A DNA stretch of 64,000 bases from an uncultured Verrucomicrobiae bacterium (GTDB lineage Bacteria > Verrucomicrobiota > Verrucomicrobiia > Chthoniobacterales > Chthoniobacteraceae). The stretch covers positions 1,280,001 to 1,344,000 of the forward strand of contig CAVYKI010000009.1 in the NCBI GenBank assembly GCA_963769025.1, read 5' to 3'. Positions 1 to 11,120 of this stretch are shown in pieces; position 1 is the stretch's first letter; every line of letters starts with the position of its first letter. The notes under the pieces were generated by a model that did no database searches, had not been told where the DNA came from, and was given only the letters and a program-made list of their open reading frames with translations. A program made the position numbers and the translations under genes.

Positions 1-653
1 GCGGCGCGGTGGGGCTGCGGGTGCTGTTCGTTTTCTGCATCACGTGGCTGACGGCGATACCGGTCATCCAACTCGTCGCCGGGGTGGCGCTGCTCTGGGT
101 GGCCTGGAAACTCGTCCGCCCTCAGGAAGCGGCGCTCGAGGCCGCGGCGCATCCCGAGCACGCAAAACGCCATGCAGCCCGTTCGCTCTGGAATGCGATA
201 TACGTCATCATCGTCGCAGACATGATCATGAGCCTCGACAACGTGATCGCCATCGCCGGAATCGCCAAGGAGGGCAGCGCCTCTCCGCACGGCGAGATGG
301 GCCTGGTGATATTCGGCCTGCTGCTTTCCATCCCGCTGGTGGTTTTCGGCAGCGCGCTGATCGCCCGCCTGATGAGCAACTACCGGTGGGTCATCTGGCT
401 GGGCGGCGGCGTGCTCGGCCATGTAGCGGGGGAGATCATTTTCAAGGATCCGCAAGTGCTCCGCTGGCTGGGAATGCCGGCGACCTCCGGGATGTCCGGA
501 ATCGAGGTGGACAATCTGCTCAAGCTCGCGCCCGCAAGCGTGAGCTGGCTGGTGCACGGCCTGCCCTGGGTGCTGGGCGCGGTGCTTTTCTCGCTCGGCG
601 CGTGGTGGAGCCGGACGCACCATACGATCGCGGATGATTCCCAGCAGGCATGA
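1..653 (+). CDS. TerC/YjbE family integral membrane protein (5' truncated by window edge)
   Basis: Motifs 'IIVADMIMSLDNVIAIAG' and 'LVIFGLLLSIPLVVFGS'; multiple TM helices. Confidence 0.85.
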   Translation, partial: GAVGLRVLFVFCITWLTAIPVIQLVAGVALLWVAWKLVRPQEAALEAAAHPEHAKRHAARSLWNAIYVIIVADMIMSLDNVIAIAGIAKEGSASPHGEMGLVIFGLLLSIPLVVFGSALIARLMSNYRWVIWLGGGVLGHVAGEIIFKDPQVLRWLGMPATSGMSGIEVDNLLKLAPASVSWLVHGLPWVLGAVLFSLGAWWSRTHHTIADDSQQA

Positions 654-1321
654 AGGAGAAGCCGGAAATCAAGCATCCCACGCCGGCTGAGGAGGTGATT
701 GATCCGATCAGCGCGGACCTCCGTTCGCTCCTGGATGTCGCGCAGGGGGAGCCGATGTCACTTGCGCAAATCGAGGCCCATCTGAAGGACCGTGGCTATG
801 CGCTCCTGGTGCTCTTCCTCGCAGCGCCCTTTCCGATCCCCAATATCCCCGGCCTGTCCGTTCCGTTCGGGATCGCCATCATGCTCATCGGCATGGCGTT
901 CACGCTGCGACGCAGGCCGAAGCTTCCGGGGTTCATCCTGCGGAAAAAGGTTCCCTTCACGACGCTTCAAAAAATGATCCCGTTCATCGCGCGCTTCATG
1001 GAGCGCCTCGAACGTCACATGAAGCCGCGCCTGCAATTCCTCATCAAGGGGCCGGTCATGACGAGCATCTTCGGCCTCGGCATCGTGTCCGGCGGCCTTT
1101 TTCTCGCACTGCCGCTGCCAATCCCGCTGACCAACGGCCCCCCCGCGCTGTCGATTATTTTCCTGATCGTGGGCATGCTGTGCCGCGATGGCGTGATGGT
1201 CCTCATCGGCTATGCGCTGGGAATCATCGCGTGGGCATACCTCGCGGTCTGGATCTACTTCGGGGCCTACCTCATCCCGAAACTCCAGCTCCTCTGGGAA
1301 TCCATCAAACACTGGTTTTGA
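650..1321 (+). CDS. ExoD family exopolysaccharide biosynthesis membrane protein
   Basis: 'L.DRGYALLVLFLAAPFPIP.IPGLS.PFG', 'LPLPIPLTN.PPA...LCRDG'; ATGA overlap with upstream gene. Confidence 0.85.
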   Translation: MKEKPEIKHPTPAEEVIDPISADLRSLLDVAQGEPMSLAQIEAHLKDRGYALLVLFLAAPFPIPNIPGLSVPFGIAIMLIGMAFTLRRRPKLPGFILRKKVPFTTLQKMIPFIARFMERLERHMKPRLQFLIKGPVMTSIFGLGIVSGGLFLALPLPIPLTNGPPALSIIFLIVGMLCRDGVMVLIGYALGIIAWAYLAVWIYFGAYLIPKLQLLWESIKHWF

Positions 1322-1372
1322 ACAAAAAGGCGTTTGCAATGCGCCGCCGGAACTGGTTGAAACCCCTCACCG

Positions 1373-1786
1373 ATGAAACGCCTCCTCCTCACCCTCGCCG
1401 TCGCACTCCTCGCCGGTCCGGCCCTCGCTGACATCCAGGACCCGCCGATGAACGATTACAACTCCACCAGGAAGCTCGGCCGCGCATGGGCGAACATGCT
1501 TTACTCATCGTCTGAAATCGGGATGACCATGCAGCGCGTAAACGAACTCGAAGGAAATTCCGCGGGGGCCACCTACGGCTTCATCAAGGGCGTCAGCCGG
1601 TGGGTCGTCCGCACGGGCACGGGCATCTACGAATTCGTCACCTTTCCATTCCCCCTCAACCGCCGATCCTACCGGCCGATCCTCCGCTCGAACATCCCGT
1701 GGGTCAACGGAGGCTACGAGGAATTCCCGCCCGAGTTTGGCTTCCAGACACGGAAACGGTATACGACCACCTCGGATCGTAACTGA
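1373..1786 (+). CDS. Secreted exosortase-system-associated protein (TIGR04073-like)
   Basis: Signal peptide, 'RKLGRA.AN' and 'G.YEFVTFPFP' motifs. Confidence 0.75.
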   Translation: MKRLLLTLAVALLAGPALADIQDPPMNDYNSTRKLGRAWANMLYSSSEIGMTMQRVNELEGNSAGATYGFIKGVSRWVVRTGTGIYEFVTFPFPLNRRSYRPILRSNIPWVNGGYEEFPPEFGFQTRKRYTTTSDRN

Positions 1787-1807
1787 CACCGGATCGCACT
1801 TTCCCAT

Positions 1808-1847
1808 GGAGGCTTCCGTCCCCAAAGGCGGAAGCCTTCAGCTTTTT
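1808..1847 (+). terminator. Probable intrinsic terminator
   Basis: Stem ggaggcttccgtc/ggcggaagccttc followed by a T-run, just after the 1373-1786 stop. Confidence 0.6.
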
Positions 1848-1864
1848 CACCCTGTCGCTGCCTG

Positions 1865-2923
1865 ATGCCTGAGCCTGTCGAATTGCAAATTACTGATGTC
1901 GCGTTTGGAGGCGCAGGCGTGGCGAGGCACGAGGGAAAGGTGTACTTCGTCCCGTTCACCGCGCCGGGCGACACCGTCCGCGTGAGGGTCGCGCGGGACC
2001 GCAAGAAGTTCTGCGAGGCGAGCGTGGCCGAAATCGTCACGCCTTCGCCGGATCGCGTCCGGCCGGAATGTCGGTACTTCACGCGTTGCGGAGGGTGCGC
2101 CTACCAGCACATCGCGTATCCGCGGCAGCTGGAATTGAAGCAACGGCAGGTCGAGCAGACGCTCCGCCGCGTCGGGAAATTCGACGAGGTCCCCATGCGC
2201 CCCATCGTACCGGCCCCGCTGCCATACGCATACCGGAACCGCATCCGCGTGCATGTGCAGGACGGCCGACCTGGCTTTTACGCACACCGCTCGCACGAAC
2301 TCGTCCCGATCACGCATTGTGAGATTGCGAAGCCCGCCGTGAACGAAGCGCTGCAGCGAATGCTCCGTTCGGGGGTTCGTGACGGCGACTACACGCTGTT
2401 TGGGGGTACCGGGGAAAACTTCTTCAAGCAGACCAACGACTCCGTCGCGGATGAACTGCTCGCGCTCGTCGAGCGCTCGCTCCTCCGCGGTCAGGCATTG
2501 CTCATCGATGCCTATGCCGGCGCCGGCTTCTTCTCGAACCGGCTCGCGCCTCTCTTCACGGAAGTCATCGGCATCGAGGAGAACGAACATGCCGTCGGCC
2601 GCGCCCGCAGCGGCGCAGCCGCGAACGAACGCCACCTGCTGGGGGACGTGGCGGTCCTCATCTCGGAAGTGCTCACCGCCCATGCGATGGACAAAACCTC
2701 CGTGATTCTCGATCCGCCCGCGACCGGACTTTCCCCGCGCGTGGCCGGTCTCCTCGCCGCGGCACGCCCGGCCGAAATCCTCTACGTGTCCTGCAATCCC
2801 GCGACGCTCGCACGGGACCTCGGCGAATTGCGTTCCACCTACCGGCTCGAATCCGTGACGCCTCTCGACATGTTCCCGCAGACGGCGGAAATCGAAGTGC
2901 TCGCAGCCTTGCGCCTCGCCTAA
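1865..2923 (+). CDS. rlmD: RlmD/TrmA-family RNA m5U methyltransferase with TRAM domain
   Basis: TRAM N-terminus, C-x5-CGGC Fe-S motif, 'DAYAGAG', 'LDPP', 'YVSCNPATLARD', 'DMFPQT'. Confidence 0.85.
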   Translation: MPEPVELQITDVAFGGAGVARHEGKVYFVPFTAPGDTVRVRVARDRKKFCEASVAEIVTPSPDRVRPECRYFTRCGGCAYQHIAYPRQLELKQRQVEQTLRRVGKFDEVPMRPIVPAPLPYAYRNRIRVHVQDGRPGFYAHRSHELVPITHCEIAKPAVNEALQRMLRSGVRDGDYTLFGGTGENFFKQTNDSVADELLALVERSLLRGQALLIDAYAGAGFFSNRLAPLFTEVIGIEENEHAVGRARSGAAANERHLLGDVAVLISEVLTAHAMDKTSVILDPPATGLSPRVAGLLAAARPAEILYVSCNPATLARDLGELRSTYRLESVTPLDMFPQTAEIEVLAALRLA

Positions 2924-3657
2924 CGCCGCGTCCCGGGTTTCCGCAGATCCTCGAAACGGTCCGGCGTCCAACCCGCGGGATTCCTCGCGGCACCGGATCG
3001 CGTGGGGAGACGAAACGCCTGCCCCACCGACCCGCCTCCCACCGTTTCGTTGTACACCACGAAAGTATTCAGCGGCACTGCCGCGACGGTAGTCGAGGGC
3101 TTCAGACGCCGGTGGGCATTGATGAACTCCACCGGGCTCCAATAGATGCTGTCGTCCTGGGCAAACTGATGCCGTGCCATTCCCACTCGGATGTCCTTCC
3201 GCATCTCCAGATGGAGGTGCGCCTCGTAGCGTCCGCCCGCAGTCCCGATGGTGCCGACCTGCTGCCCGCGCCGGAGCTGCTGGCCGTAACGCACGAGAAT
3301 CCTGTCGAGATGGCCGTAAAGCGAATCCACCAGTCTCTGCCGGCCACCTTCCTCGTACGCGTGCCGCACGATGACCACATTGCCCCAGCCGTGCCCGAAA
3401 TTCTGCGCGAACACCACGACGCCGTGCGCGACGGTATACACGGGGTCACCCAGATCCGTGTCGCCGCCGCGGTTGCCATTCCAGTCCTCGCCAAGGTGAC
3501 CGTGCGCCCGGTAGCCCCGCGAACGGCGGTAGCCTTCGCCGTTGGGTTTTCCGACGGGCAGATCAAATCCGTCCGCTGTGAGCGTTGCCGCAACGTCCGC
3601 CCCGGGCGCGGGGCATCGGAGCAATGCGAGGCAAAGGATCAGGGCGGTGATTCGCAT
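2920..3657 (-). CDS. Secreted M23-family metallopeptidase
   Basis: Signal peptide; HLGED (HxxxD), 'YGHL' and 'HLHLE' (HxH) motifs. Confidence 0.85.
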   Translation of the reverse strand: MRITALILCLALLRCPAPGADVAATLTADGFDLPVGKPNGEGYRRSRGYRAHGHLGEDWNGNRGGDTDLGDPVYTVAHGVVVFAQNFGHGWGNVVIVRHAYEEGGRQRLVDSLYGHLDRILVRYGQQLRRGQQVGTIGTAGGRYEAHLHLEMRKDIRVGMARHQFAQDDSIYWSPVEFINAHRRLKPSTTVAAVPLNTFVVYNETVGGGSVGQAFRLPTRSGAARNPAGWTPDRFEDLRKPGTRR

Positions 3658-3709
3658 CGGCAGCGCGCAATCTAGGGAACTGCGGACGCAAAAGGCAAAG
3701 CCGCAATCC

Positions 3710-4498
3710 CTAGCTCACTCCCATGAGAAGGAGCACGACGGCCAATACGATCCGGTAGATGCCAAAGCCGATGAACGTGTGACTCTGCACGTAGCGCAGA
3801 AGCCATTTCACCGCGATGAACGAGACCACGGCCGCGACGACTGCGGCCACCGCAAGGACCGCCCAGTCTTCTTGCGGCGCACCCGCGACCGGGTGGCGGA
3901 GCTCCTTGAAAATCTTCAGCGCGCTCGCAGCGAGCATCGTGGGGATGCCGACGAGGAATGAGAATTCCGTGGCCGCGGGCCGCGCCGCGCCGAGCATCAG
4001 GGCAAAAATAATCGTCGAGCCAGAACGGGAGGCACCGGGGAAAACCGCGGCGACGAGCTGCGCAAGGCCGATGGCCACCGCGACTTTCCATGAGATGTCA
4101 TCCGTTCCCTTGCGCCCCCGGTGGAACAGTTCGACCACGATGAAGAGTATGCCGCCGACAAGCAGCGCAACAGCGACCGGGATGACCTGCTCGGGAAGCT
4201 TGAATCCTTTTTTCTCCAGAATGAATCCCCCGACGCCCGTGATGAAAAATGCCACCGCGATTTTGGCCATCAACAGCCGGCTCGCAGATTCGCGCCAGTG
4301 GCTCAGCATTTTCAACCTCCCGCGGAACAACGGCAGGACCGCCAGCACCGCCCCGGCCTGGATGACGATATTAAACAGGTCGCTCTGCCGAGGCAGCCAG
4401 TGCTCGGCGATGAGAAGGTGTCCTGTCGATGAAACCGGGATGAACTCCGTAATCCCCTCAACGATCCCGAGAATGATGGCTACGAGCCAAATGGACAT
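3710..4498 (-). CDS. uppP: Undecaprenyl-diphosphate phosphatase
   Basis: 'GIVEGITEFIPVSSTGH' and 'PGASRSGST'. Confidence 0.95.
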   Translation of the reverse strand: MSIWLVAIILGIVEGITEFIPVSSTGHLLIAEHWLPRQSDLFNIVIQAGAVLAVLPLFRGRLKMLSHWRESASRLLMAKIAVAFFITGVGGFILEKKGFKLPEQVIPVAVALLVGGILFIVVELFHRGRKGTDDISWKVAVAIGLAQLVAAVFPGASRSGSTIIFALMLGAARPAATEFSFLVGIPTMLAASALKIFKELRHPVAGAPQEDWAVLAVAAVVAAVVSFIAVKWLLRYVQSHTFIGFGIYRIVLAVVLLLMGVS

Positions 4499-4540
4499 GG
4501 AGAAGCGTGGAACTGCGTGTGGCGGGCGGAATGCGCCGCC

Positions 4541-4945
<405 letters not shown>

Positions 4946-5239
4946 TCACCAGAGCCGTGCCCGGCCCGCCGCGAACATGGCTTTCCACAGCCACCAAAAC
5001 AGCGCGAGCACGGCGATGAGCGCGACGATCCGCCAAAATGGATGCAACCCCGGCTTTGATCCCCAGCGCACCTTGCCGCGATCGTCCTCATGCGCCTCAT
5101 CCAGAAAATCGAGGCCGTCGTACACCTCGGCGTTTTCCTTCCAGCCGGATTCATGGCACGCGCCGCATTCCGGGCACGCCACGGCACTCGGCGGGACCGC
5201 TGCGCCACAGACCGGGCAGACTGGCGGCGGCTTACGCAT
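4946..5239 (-). CDS. Small zinc-ribbon protein with C-terminal TM helix
   Basis: CPVCG-x8-CPECG followed by a hydrophobic helix. Confidence 0.65.
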   Translation of the reverse strand: MRKPPPVCPVCGAAVPPSAVACPECGACHESGWKENAEVYDGLDFLDEAHEDDRGKVRWGSKPGLHPFWRIVALIAVLALFWWLWKAMFAAGRARLW

Positions 5240-6032
5240 CGCCACGCTCGTTGGCGCGGACAAATGCCGCATTCACCTGGTGGCGTTTGCCGAGCGCCGC
5301 GCGCAGCGGATCGTCCGCCTCATCGCTGAATCCGTAATGCAGGTGCCGCACCCAGCCCTCGGCATGCGCGAATCCCCGCGCCTGCTTCCCCATCGCCCGC
5401 GAAAAATCGTCCATCGTGCGCAGGTAGCTGTCCATGCCCTGCGTCTTGTCGAGCCACTCCTTCTGCGAGGCATGGCATGCGAGCGCCTCACGCTTGCGTG
5501 CGTGGACGCCCGTCGTGTTCACAAACGCCTCTGGAAAGACGCGCCGCCGCACCGGCGTGCGCTGCCCGTGCGGCATCGCGTGATAGATGACGCACGGCTC
5601 CAGCCACGGCGCCCGTTGCGGCTGCGATCGGTAGTTCGGAATCCCACGCGTGAATGCCGCCGTGACCGCGAGGCGCGCGGTGATCATGTGATCCTCCATG
5701 TAGTCCTGCAGCGCGTGGGTCAAAATCACGGTCGGCTTCGCCGCTCGCACGACAGAGCACACCCGGCGGATGTTTTCCTCCGTGTAGAAAATGCAGAGGT
5801 CGTCGCAAATCGGCGCATGCCACCGGGCGTCCATCATTTTCGCCGCGGCCTTCGCCTCGTTGCGCCGGGTGCGCGCCGTCTGCGCCGCGGTCATCACCGT
5901 GCTGCCCATGTTGCCGTTCGAGAGATTGCAGCAATGAATCGTCCAGCCCGCATCCCGCAGCAGCAGGAGCGTCCCGGCCATGACGAACTCGATATCATCT
6001 GGGTGTGCGGCAATCGCCAGTGCGGAAGGCAT
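5232..6032 (-). CDS. PIG-L/LmbE family deacetylase
   Basis: 'AHPDDIE', 'DY.EDH', 'HASQ'. Confidence 0.9.
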   Translation of the reverse strand: MPSALAIAAHPDDIEFVMAGTLLLLRDAGWTIHCCNLSNGNMGSTVMTAAQTARTRRNEAKAAAKMMDARWHAPICDDLCIFYTEENIRRVCSVVRAAKPTVILTHALQDYMEDHMITARLAVTAAFTRGIPNYRSQPQRAPWLEPCVIYHAMPHGQRTPVRRRVFPEAFVNTTGVHARKREALACHASQKEWLDKTQGMDSYLRTMDDFSRAMGKQARGFAHAEGWVRHLHYGFSDEADDPLRAALGKRHQVNAAFVRANERGDA

Positions 6033-6129
6033 GCCGCGTAGATTGGGTCGCCGCGGCTTTTTTGCCGAGCGGAAACATCCGCGCCCCGTACTTGCACCGC
6101 GCGCCGGGGGTCGCTTAATTCCCCGCCCG

Positions 6130-6411
6130 ATGCGTCCAGTGATTTGCAAATGCCCAAACCATAATGGCTGCCTGCTCGGCTACCACGGTGACGATATCGA
6201 GATCACCCGCGACATGCCGCTTGTGTGCCCCGAATGCGGAACGCCGGTGAAGGTCGCACCGAAACCGCGCAACGACCTGTTCTACCGCGTGCTCAATCTC
6301 ATCGGGATGGCTGCGGTCGCAGGCGCGATTTGGTTCGCGTGGCCCTCGCTGGTGATTCTTTGGCACAAGGTGACCACCCCGCCGCAGCGGCAGGCGCCCG
6401 CGAAGCACTGA
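6130..6411 (+). CDS. Small Cys-rich (zinc-ribbon-like) membrane-anchored protein
   Basis: CPNHNGC...CPECG plus TM helix; TTGCAC-17-TTAATT promoter-like element just upstream. Confidence 0.6.
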   Translation: MRPVICKCPNHNGCLLGYHGDDIEITRDMPLVCPECGTPVKVAPKPRNDLFYRVLNLIGMAAVAGAIWFAWPSLVILWHKVTTPPQRQAPAKH

Positions 6412-6453
6412 GCCGCGAACGCGCCTTGCCGCGCTAGGAAAGAGTCGGCCGGA

Positions 6454-7485
6454 TCAGGCTCCCATGCCCGCCTCAAAGCTCCCCGCGGCCTGCGGCCAGC
6501 ACAGGTTCTCCTTCACGTAGCGGATGCCGTCGGCGGAGCAGAAATCGAGATCCTTGTGCGCGCTCTCGGCCTCGACGACCAGCGGCGCGGACTTCGTGCC
6601 ATGCAGCTTGCAGTAGCGGTCCTGGTAGCCCACGTGCAGCAGCAGTTCCACATAGCGCTGCATGTTCAGATCGCCGCTGCCGAGGTCGGTGAACTGCATC
6701 GCGCGGCGCGGCCAGTTCGCCTGCATCGCGCGCAGCGGGAAGCCGGGGCGGATCACGAAATTCTTCACGTGCGCCGCGTAGATGCGGCTGCCCACCTTTA
6801 GGAAGCGCTGCTCCCAGCCTTCGCCCTCCCAGCAGTGCGACGGGTCCGCATTTACCGCGAGCGTCTTGTCGCCGTCGCAGGTGTCCACGAGCATGTTAAA
6901 ATCATCCGCGCACGACGCCGCGGTGCCGGGATGGATTTCGTGGCAGAGATAAATGCCGAGCTTCCGCGCGTGGTCGCGCAGCTTCTGCGTCTTCTTCACA
7001 AAGCGCGCCTTTCCCTCCTCCAGCAGGTCGAAGCCGCCGCCGCTCCAGAATCCCCACGGATACCCCGTCGCCATCTCCCAGCCAAACGCCACGCCCCAGA
7101 ACATCGGCAGCGATTTCACGCCCAACTCCGCGGCGAGATCCATCAGCTTCAGAAGATAGGTCTCGTGCCACTTCTCGATCTTCTCCGGCGACAGCTTCAC
7201 CACGTCCGGCGCGATGAAAGGATTCCCGCTCTTCGTCCCCGTCCAGATCGACGTGTGCACCCAAAATGGGCAGTGCGCCGAAATGCCGTCCAGCTTCATC
7301 CCGCGGCTGTCGAAGGCCTCGCGAATCTCCTTCGCCTTCTTCAGCCCCTTCGGGCCGTTCAGCATGTAATTGCTCGGCTGCGCGCCCGCCGCACCGGCGC
7401 CCTTCGCATAGTCGAGAAACTGTTCGAGGGATTTCGCGCCGTGCTGTGCGCCTTCGATGGAGGGATGGTAAGCGTTCTTGGACAT
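6454..7485 (-). CDS. Sugar phosphate isomerase/epimerase (xylose-isomerase-like TIM barrel)
   Basis: 'HEIHPG', 'NADPSH', 'HVKN', 'VEAE' metal-binding pattern. Confidence 0.85.
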   Translation of the reverse strand: MSKNAYHPSIEGAQHGAKSLEQFLDYAKGAGAAGAQPSNYMLNGPKGLKKAKEIREAFDSRGMKLDGISAHCPFWVHTSIWTGTKSGNPFIAPDVVKLSPEKIEKWHETYLLKLMDLAAELGVKSLPMFWGVAFGWEMATGYPWGFWSGGGFDLLEEGKARFVKKTQKLRDHARKLGIYLCHEIHPGTAASCADDFNMLVDTCDGDKTLAVNADPSHCWEGEGWEQRFLKVGSRIYAAHVKNFVIRPGFPLRAMQANWPRRAMQFTDLGSGDLNMQRYVELLLHVGYQDRYCKLHGTKSAPLVVEAESAHKDLDFCSADGIRYVKENLCWPQAAGSFEAGMGA

Positions 7486-7630
7486 GGTGGGATCGGTTCG
7501 GACTGCGCGGCTTACCCGCCCGCGCGTTCCTTGGCAAACGGAAACCTGCGCACGATTGCCAACCGCGCACCGTGCGAATCCGAGGCCTTCAACCCACGCG
7601 CTTTGCCATTCTCGGCGATCCCGGAAATCG

Positions 7631-8916
7631 CTACTTCCCTGCGGCACCGATGGCCCAGAGCGCATCGAAACCGCGCAGGTAGATCCGGCCATTGGAGATC
7701 GCCGGTGATGCCGTGAACTGATCCGGCAGCTTGTTCTTCGCGAGAATCTTCAGCTCGGGCCCCGCTTCCACGACTGTGAAAGTGCCGTCCTTCGCGGTCA
7801 GATAGATCCGCCCGTCGGCGGCGACCGGCGACGCCCGGTAGGTCTGGGCGTGGGCGCGGTCCGAGTAGATCTGCGCGCCGGTTCCCGCATCGAGGCACGT
7901 GAGCACGCCATTCTCGCGGCAAAGATACACGCGGCCTCCGTAAATGACCGGCGATGGCACATCCGGCGTGCCCCTCTCCATCCGCCATGCCTCGCCCGGC
8001 GAGCCCGCTCCCAGCAAGGCCGGCGGCATCCGGCTTCACACCGACGACCGGCCCGTTCTTCGCCGTCGGGATCACGATGAGATTTTCCAGCGCGACCGGC
8101 GAGGCCACGAAGCGCAGCGTGCTGTTGTACCGGCCTTTTGGGTTGAGGTCGCCCACACGCCACACTTCCGCGCCGTCGGCGAGGTTGTGCGCCACCGCGT
8201 AGTCATTGCCGTGCGTGATGAGACGGGCCTCCCCTCCCCGCTGCCAGAGGCAGGGTGAAGCATAGGAATGCAGGCATTCGCTGTGGCCGTCGCTCTTGCG
8301 TTCCACTTTCCAAATCTCCGCGCCAGTCGCCGCATCGAGCGCGACGACGACGGCCGCCTTGGCGTGGATGAGTTGGAGGTAAAGCCGGCCCTCGTGGAGC
8401 AGACGGCGTCGTGTGCATGCCGAAGCCGTACGCGAACTTCCCGTAGCGATCCTGCGCATCGAAGCGCCAGACTTCTTTGCCTGAAAAATCGAACGCCGCG
8501 AAGTCGCCGCTCCCCACATAGGCATAGACGAGTTTGCCGTCCGTGCTCGGCGACGGTGTCGCGCCGTTCCCCTCGCCGCCGCGGGCTTTCTTGCCATCGG
8601 CGCCGACTTTCGCCTTCCACTGCTCCCGCCCGTCCGTGCCGATGCAAAGCAGGACAAGGTCATCCCCTTGCTCGCTCGTCACAAAAATCCTGTCACCCCA
8701 CACAGCCGGAGTCGCAGCGCCGACGCCGGGGAGCGGTGTTTTCCAGAGCACGTTCTTCGATTCGTTCCATTCGATTGGAAGATTCTTCCCGGTGCTGACT
8801 GCATCGTGTTTCGGCCCGCGCCAAGCGGGCCAGTTTTCCGCGCGTGCGGAAATGGTGGTGGCAAGGATTGCGGCAACGCATGCCAGCGATTTGGAGAGTC
8901 GGTTGTTCGGGTTCAT
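7631..8916 (-). CDS. Secreted PQQ-binding-like beta-propeller (BamB-like); two frameshifts (near 8405 and 8020)
   Basis: 'ENWPAWRGP', repeated SP/W motifs, C-terminal 'ASPAISNGRIYLRG'; joined from three ORFs. Confidence 0.85.
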
Positions 8917-8995
8917 GTGGGGGAAATTTCGAGTTTCGCGAGTGGGCGAAGGCATGGATTTTTGCGCGACCGCCGGTTGCGGCGCACGTCGCTCC

Positions 8996-10256
8996 CTACA
9001 CCTTCACCCGCTCGATCCGTGCTCCGAGGGCGTTGAGCTTTTCGTCGATGGATTCGTAGCCGCGGTCGATGTGATAGACGCGGTTCACCTCGGTGATCCC
9101 TTCCGCCTGCATTCCCGCGAGGACGAGCGCGGCGCTGGCGCGCAGATCGCTGGCCATCACCGGCGCGCCGCTGAGGTGATCGACGCCTTGGATGATCGCG
9201 GTGTGCCCGTCGAGCGAGATATTGGCGCCCATGCGCTTGAGTTCGCTGATGTGCATGTAGCGCTGCGGAAAGACGGTTTCGCTGATGACGCTGATGCCGC
9301 TCGTCTTGCAAAGGAGCGCGCACATCTGCGCCTGCATGTCCGTCGGGAATCCCGGGTACGGTTCGGTGGTCAGCCGCAGCGGCTTCGGGTTGCCATTGCC
9401 ATGCACGGTCACGGAGTCCGCTGTCGTTTCGACCGCGTAGCCGCTCTCGCGCACCGCCGCGATGACGCTCGCCGAGATGCTCCGGCACGACCCGGTTCAG
9501 CCGGACCTCGCCGCCCATCATCGCTCCCGCGACGAGGTAGGTGCCGGCCTCGATGCGATCCGGGATCACGCTGTGTTCCGCGCCGTGCAGTTCCTTCACG
9601 CCTTCGATGACGATGCGCCGCGTGCCGGCGCCCTGGATCTTCGCGCCCATCTTGTTGAGGAAATTCGCGAGATCCACGACCTCCGGCTCGGCGGCGGCGC
9701 TGTCGATGATGGTCGTGCCCTCGGCGAGCACCGCGGCCATCATCACGTTGTCCGTACCGAGGACGGTGGGGCCCTGTTTGCCGCGGAGGTTCATTTGCGC
9801 GCCACGGAGTTCGCTCGCAAAAATCTTCACATTGCCGTGCTCGATGCGGTTCACCGCGCCCAGCGCCTCGAAGCCCTTGAGGTGAAGGTCGATCGGCCGA
9901 TCGCCGATCACGCAGCCGCCGGGAAGCGAAACGACCGCCTCCTTCTGCCTGCCGAGCAGCGGCCCAAGCACGCAGACGGATGCGCGCATTTTCCGCACAA
10001 TCTCGTAGGGAGCCTCCGACTTGATGTTCTCCGCCTCGACCCGGACCGTGCCGCTGGCGCGCTCCACACTCGCGCCGAGATGCGAGAGGATCTGGAGCAT
10101 GTAGTGGATGTCCGAGAGGTCGGGCACGTTGGAGATCGTGCAAGGCTCCTTCGTGAGAAGGGTCGCAGCGAGGATGGGCAGCGCGCTGTTTTTGCTGCCG
10201 GAGATGCGGACGCTTCCGTTGAGCTTGTGGCCGCCGTGCACGAGAATTTTATCCAT
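8996..10256 (-). CDS. murA: UDP-N-acetylglucosamine 1-carboxyvinyltransferase; one frameshift near 9470
   Basis: 'GSKNSALP', '[15 protein letters not shown]', 'PDRIEAGT'; C-terminus '[10 protein letters not shown]', 'DLRASAAL', 'HIDRGY' in a second frame. Confidence 0.95.
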
Positions 10257-11103
10257 GGGTCGTAAAGAGGAAACGTTCGCGGTCCTGGTGATCTTTCATG
10301 ATTTTTCCAACGGAAAATCCATGCGCCGGCAGTTCGGCTGAGAGCAGCGTAGCCTGTCCCAGACCGACTTCCATGGCGAGAATACCGCCGGTCCGCATTT
10401 TCGCGGCAGCCTCGGGCAGCAGTCGCCGGATGATCGCCAGCCCGTCTGCCCCGCCATCGAGCGCGGTTGCCGGCTCGCGCTGCACCTCGGTTTGGAGTCC
10501 GGCCAATTCCGACGTCGGGATGTAAGGCAGGTTCGCAACGACGAGATCCAGCGGACCGTCCACGGCAGAGAGCAGATCGCTTTTTGTGAAGGTAACGCGT
10601 CCGGCGAGTTCCGTCAGCGAGGCGTTCTCGCGTGCGAGGGCAAGGGCGTCATCCGAGGCATCGAGACCGGTCACCTGCGCCCCGGGCAGCTTCGCCGCGA
10701 GCGCGAGCGCGATGCATCCGCTGCCCGTGCCGACATCCACGATCCGCCCCGCCTTCCAAAGGCACTCTGGCGCGGCTGCCTGGATGGCGAGGATCTCGCA
10801 GAGCTGCTCCGTTTCCGGGCGTGGGATGAGCGCACGCGCATCGCTTTTCAGCGTGAGGCCGAGAAATTCCACGGTGCCGAGCAGGTGCTGGAGCGGCTCG
10901 CGCAGCGCGCGGCGGCGGACAAGATCGCGCAACGGGCCGAGTTCCTTCTCCCCCAGCGGCCGGTCAAATTCGAGATAGAGGTCCATGCGCCGCTTGCCCA
11001 TCACGTGCGCGAGCAGATGCTCGATGTTCAGGCGCGGGCTCTCGACGCCGCTGTTGCGAAAATAGTCCGTCGTCGCGGTGATCACTTCGAGCACGGTCTT
11101 CAT
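10249..11103 (-). CDS. prmC: Release factor glutamine methyltransferase (HemK)
   Basis: 'ALIPRPETE', 'DVGTGSGCIA', 'ANLPYI', 'ALDGG.DGL'. Confidence 0.95.
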   Translation of the reverse strand: MKTVLEVITATTDYFRNSGVESPRLNIEHLLAHVMGKRRMDLYLEFDRPLGEKELGPLRDLVRRRALREPLQHLLGTVEFLGLTLKSDARALIPRPETEQLCEILAIQAAAPECLWKAGRIVDVGTGSGCIALALAAKLPGAQVTGLDASDDALALARENASLTELAGRVTFTKSDLLSAVDGPLDLVVANLPYIPTSELAGLQTEVQREPATALDGGADGLAIIRRLLPEAAAKMRTGGILAMEVGLGQATLLSAELPAHGFSVGKIMKDHQDRERFLFTTHG

Positions 11104-11120
11104 GGTCGCCGGCTTCGTCA

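Noticed and set aside
8996..10256. murA and obgE as pseudogenes or programmed frameshift sites
   Set aside because: Both halves are fully conserved, there is no slippery heptamer, and similar single-base indels occur throughout the window.
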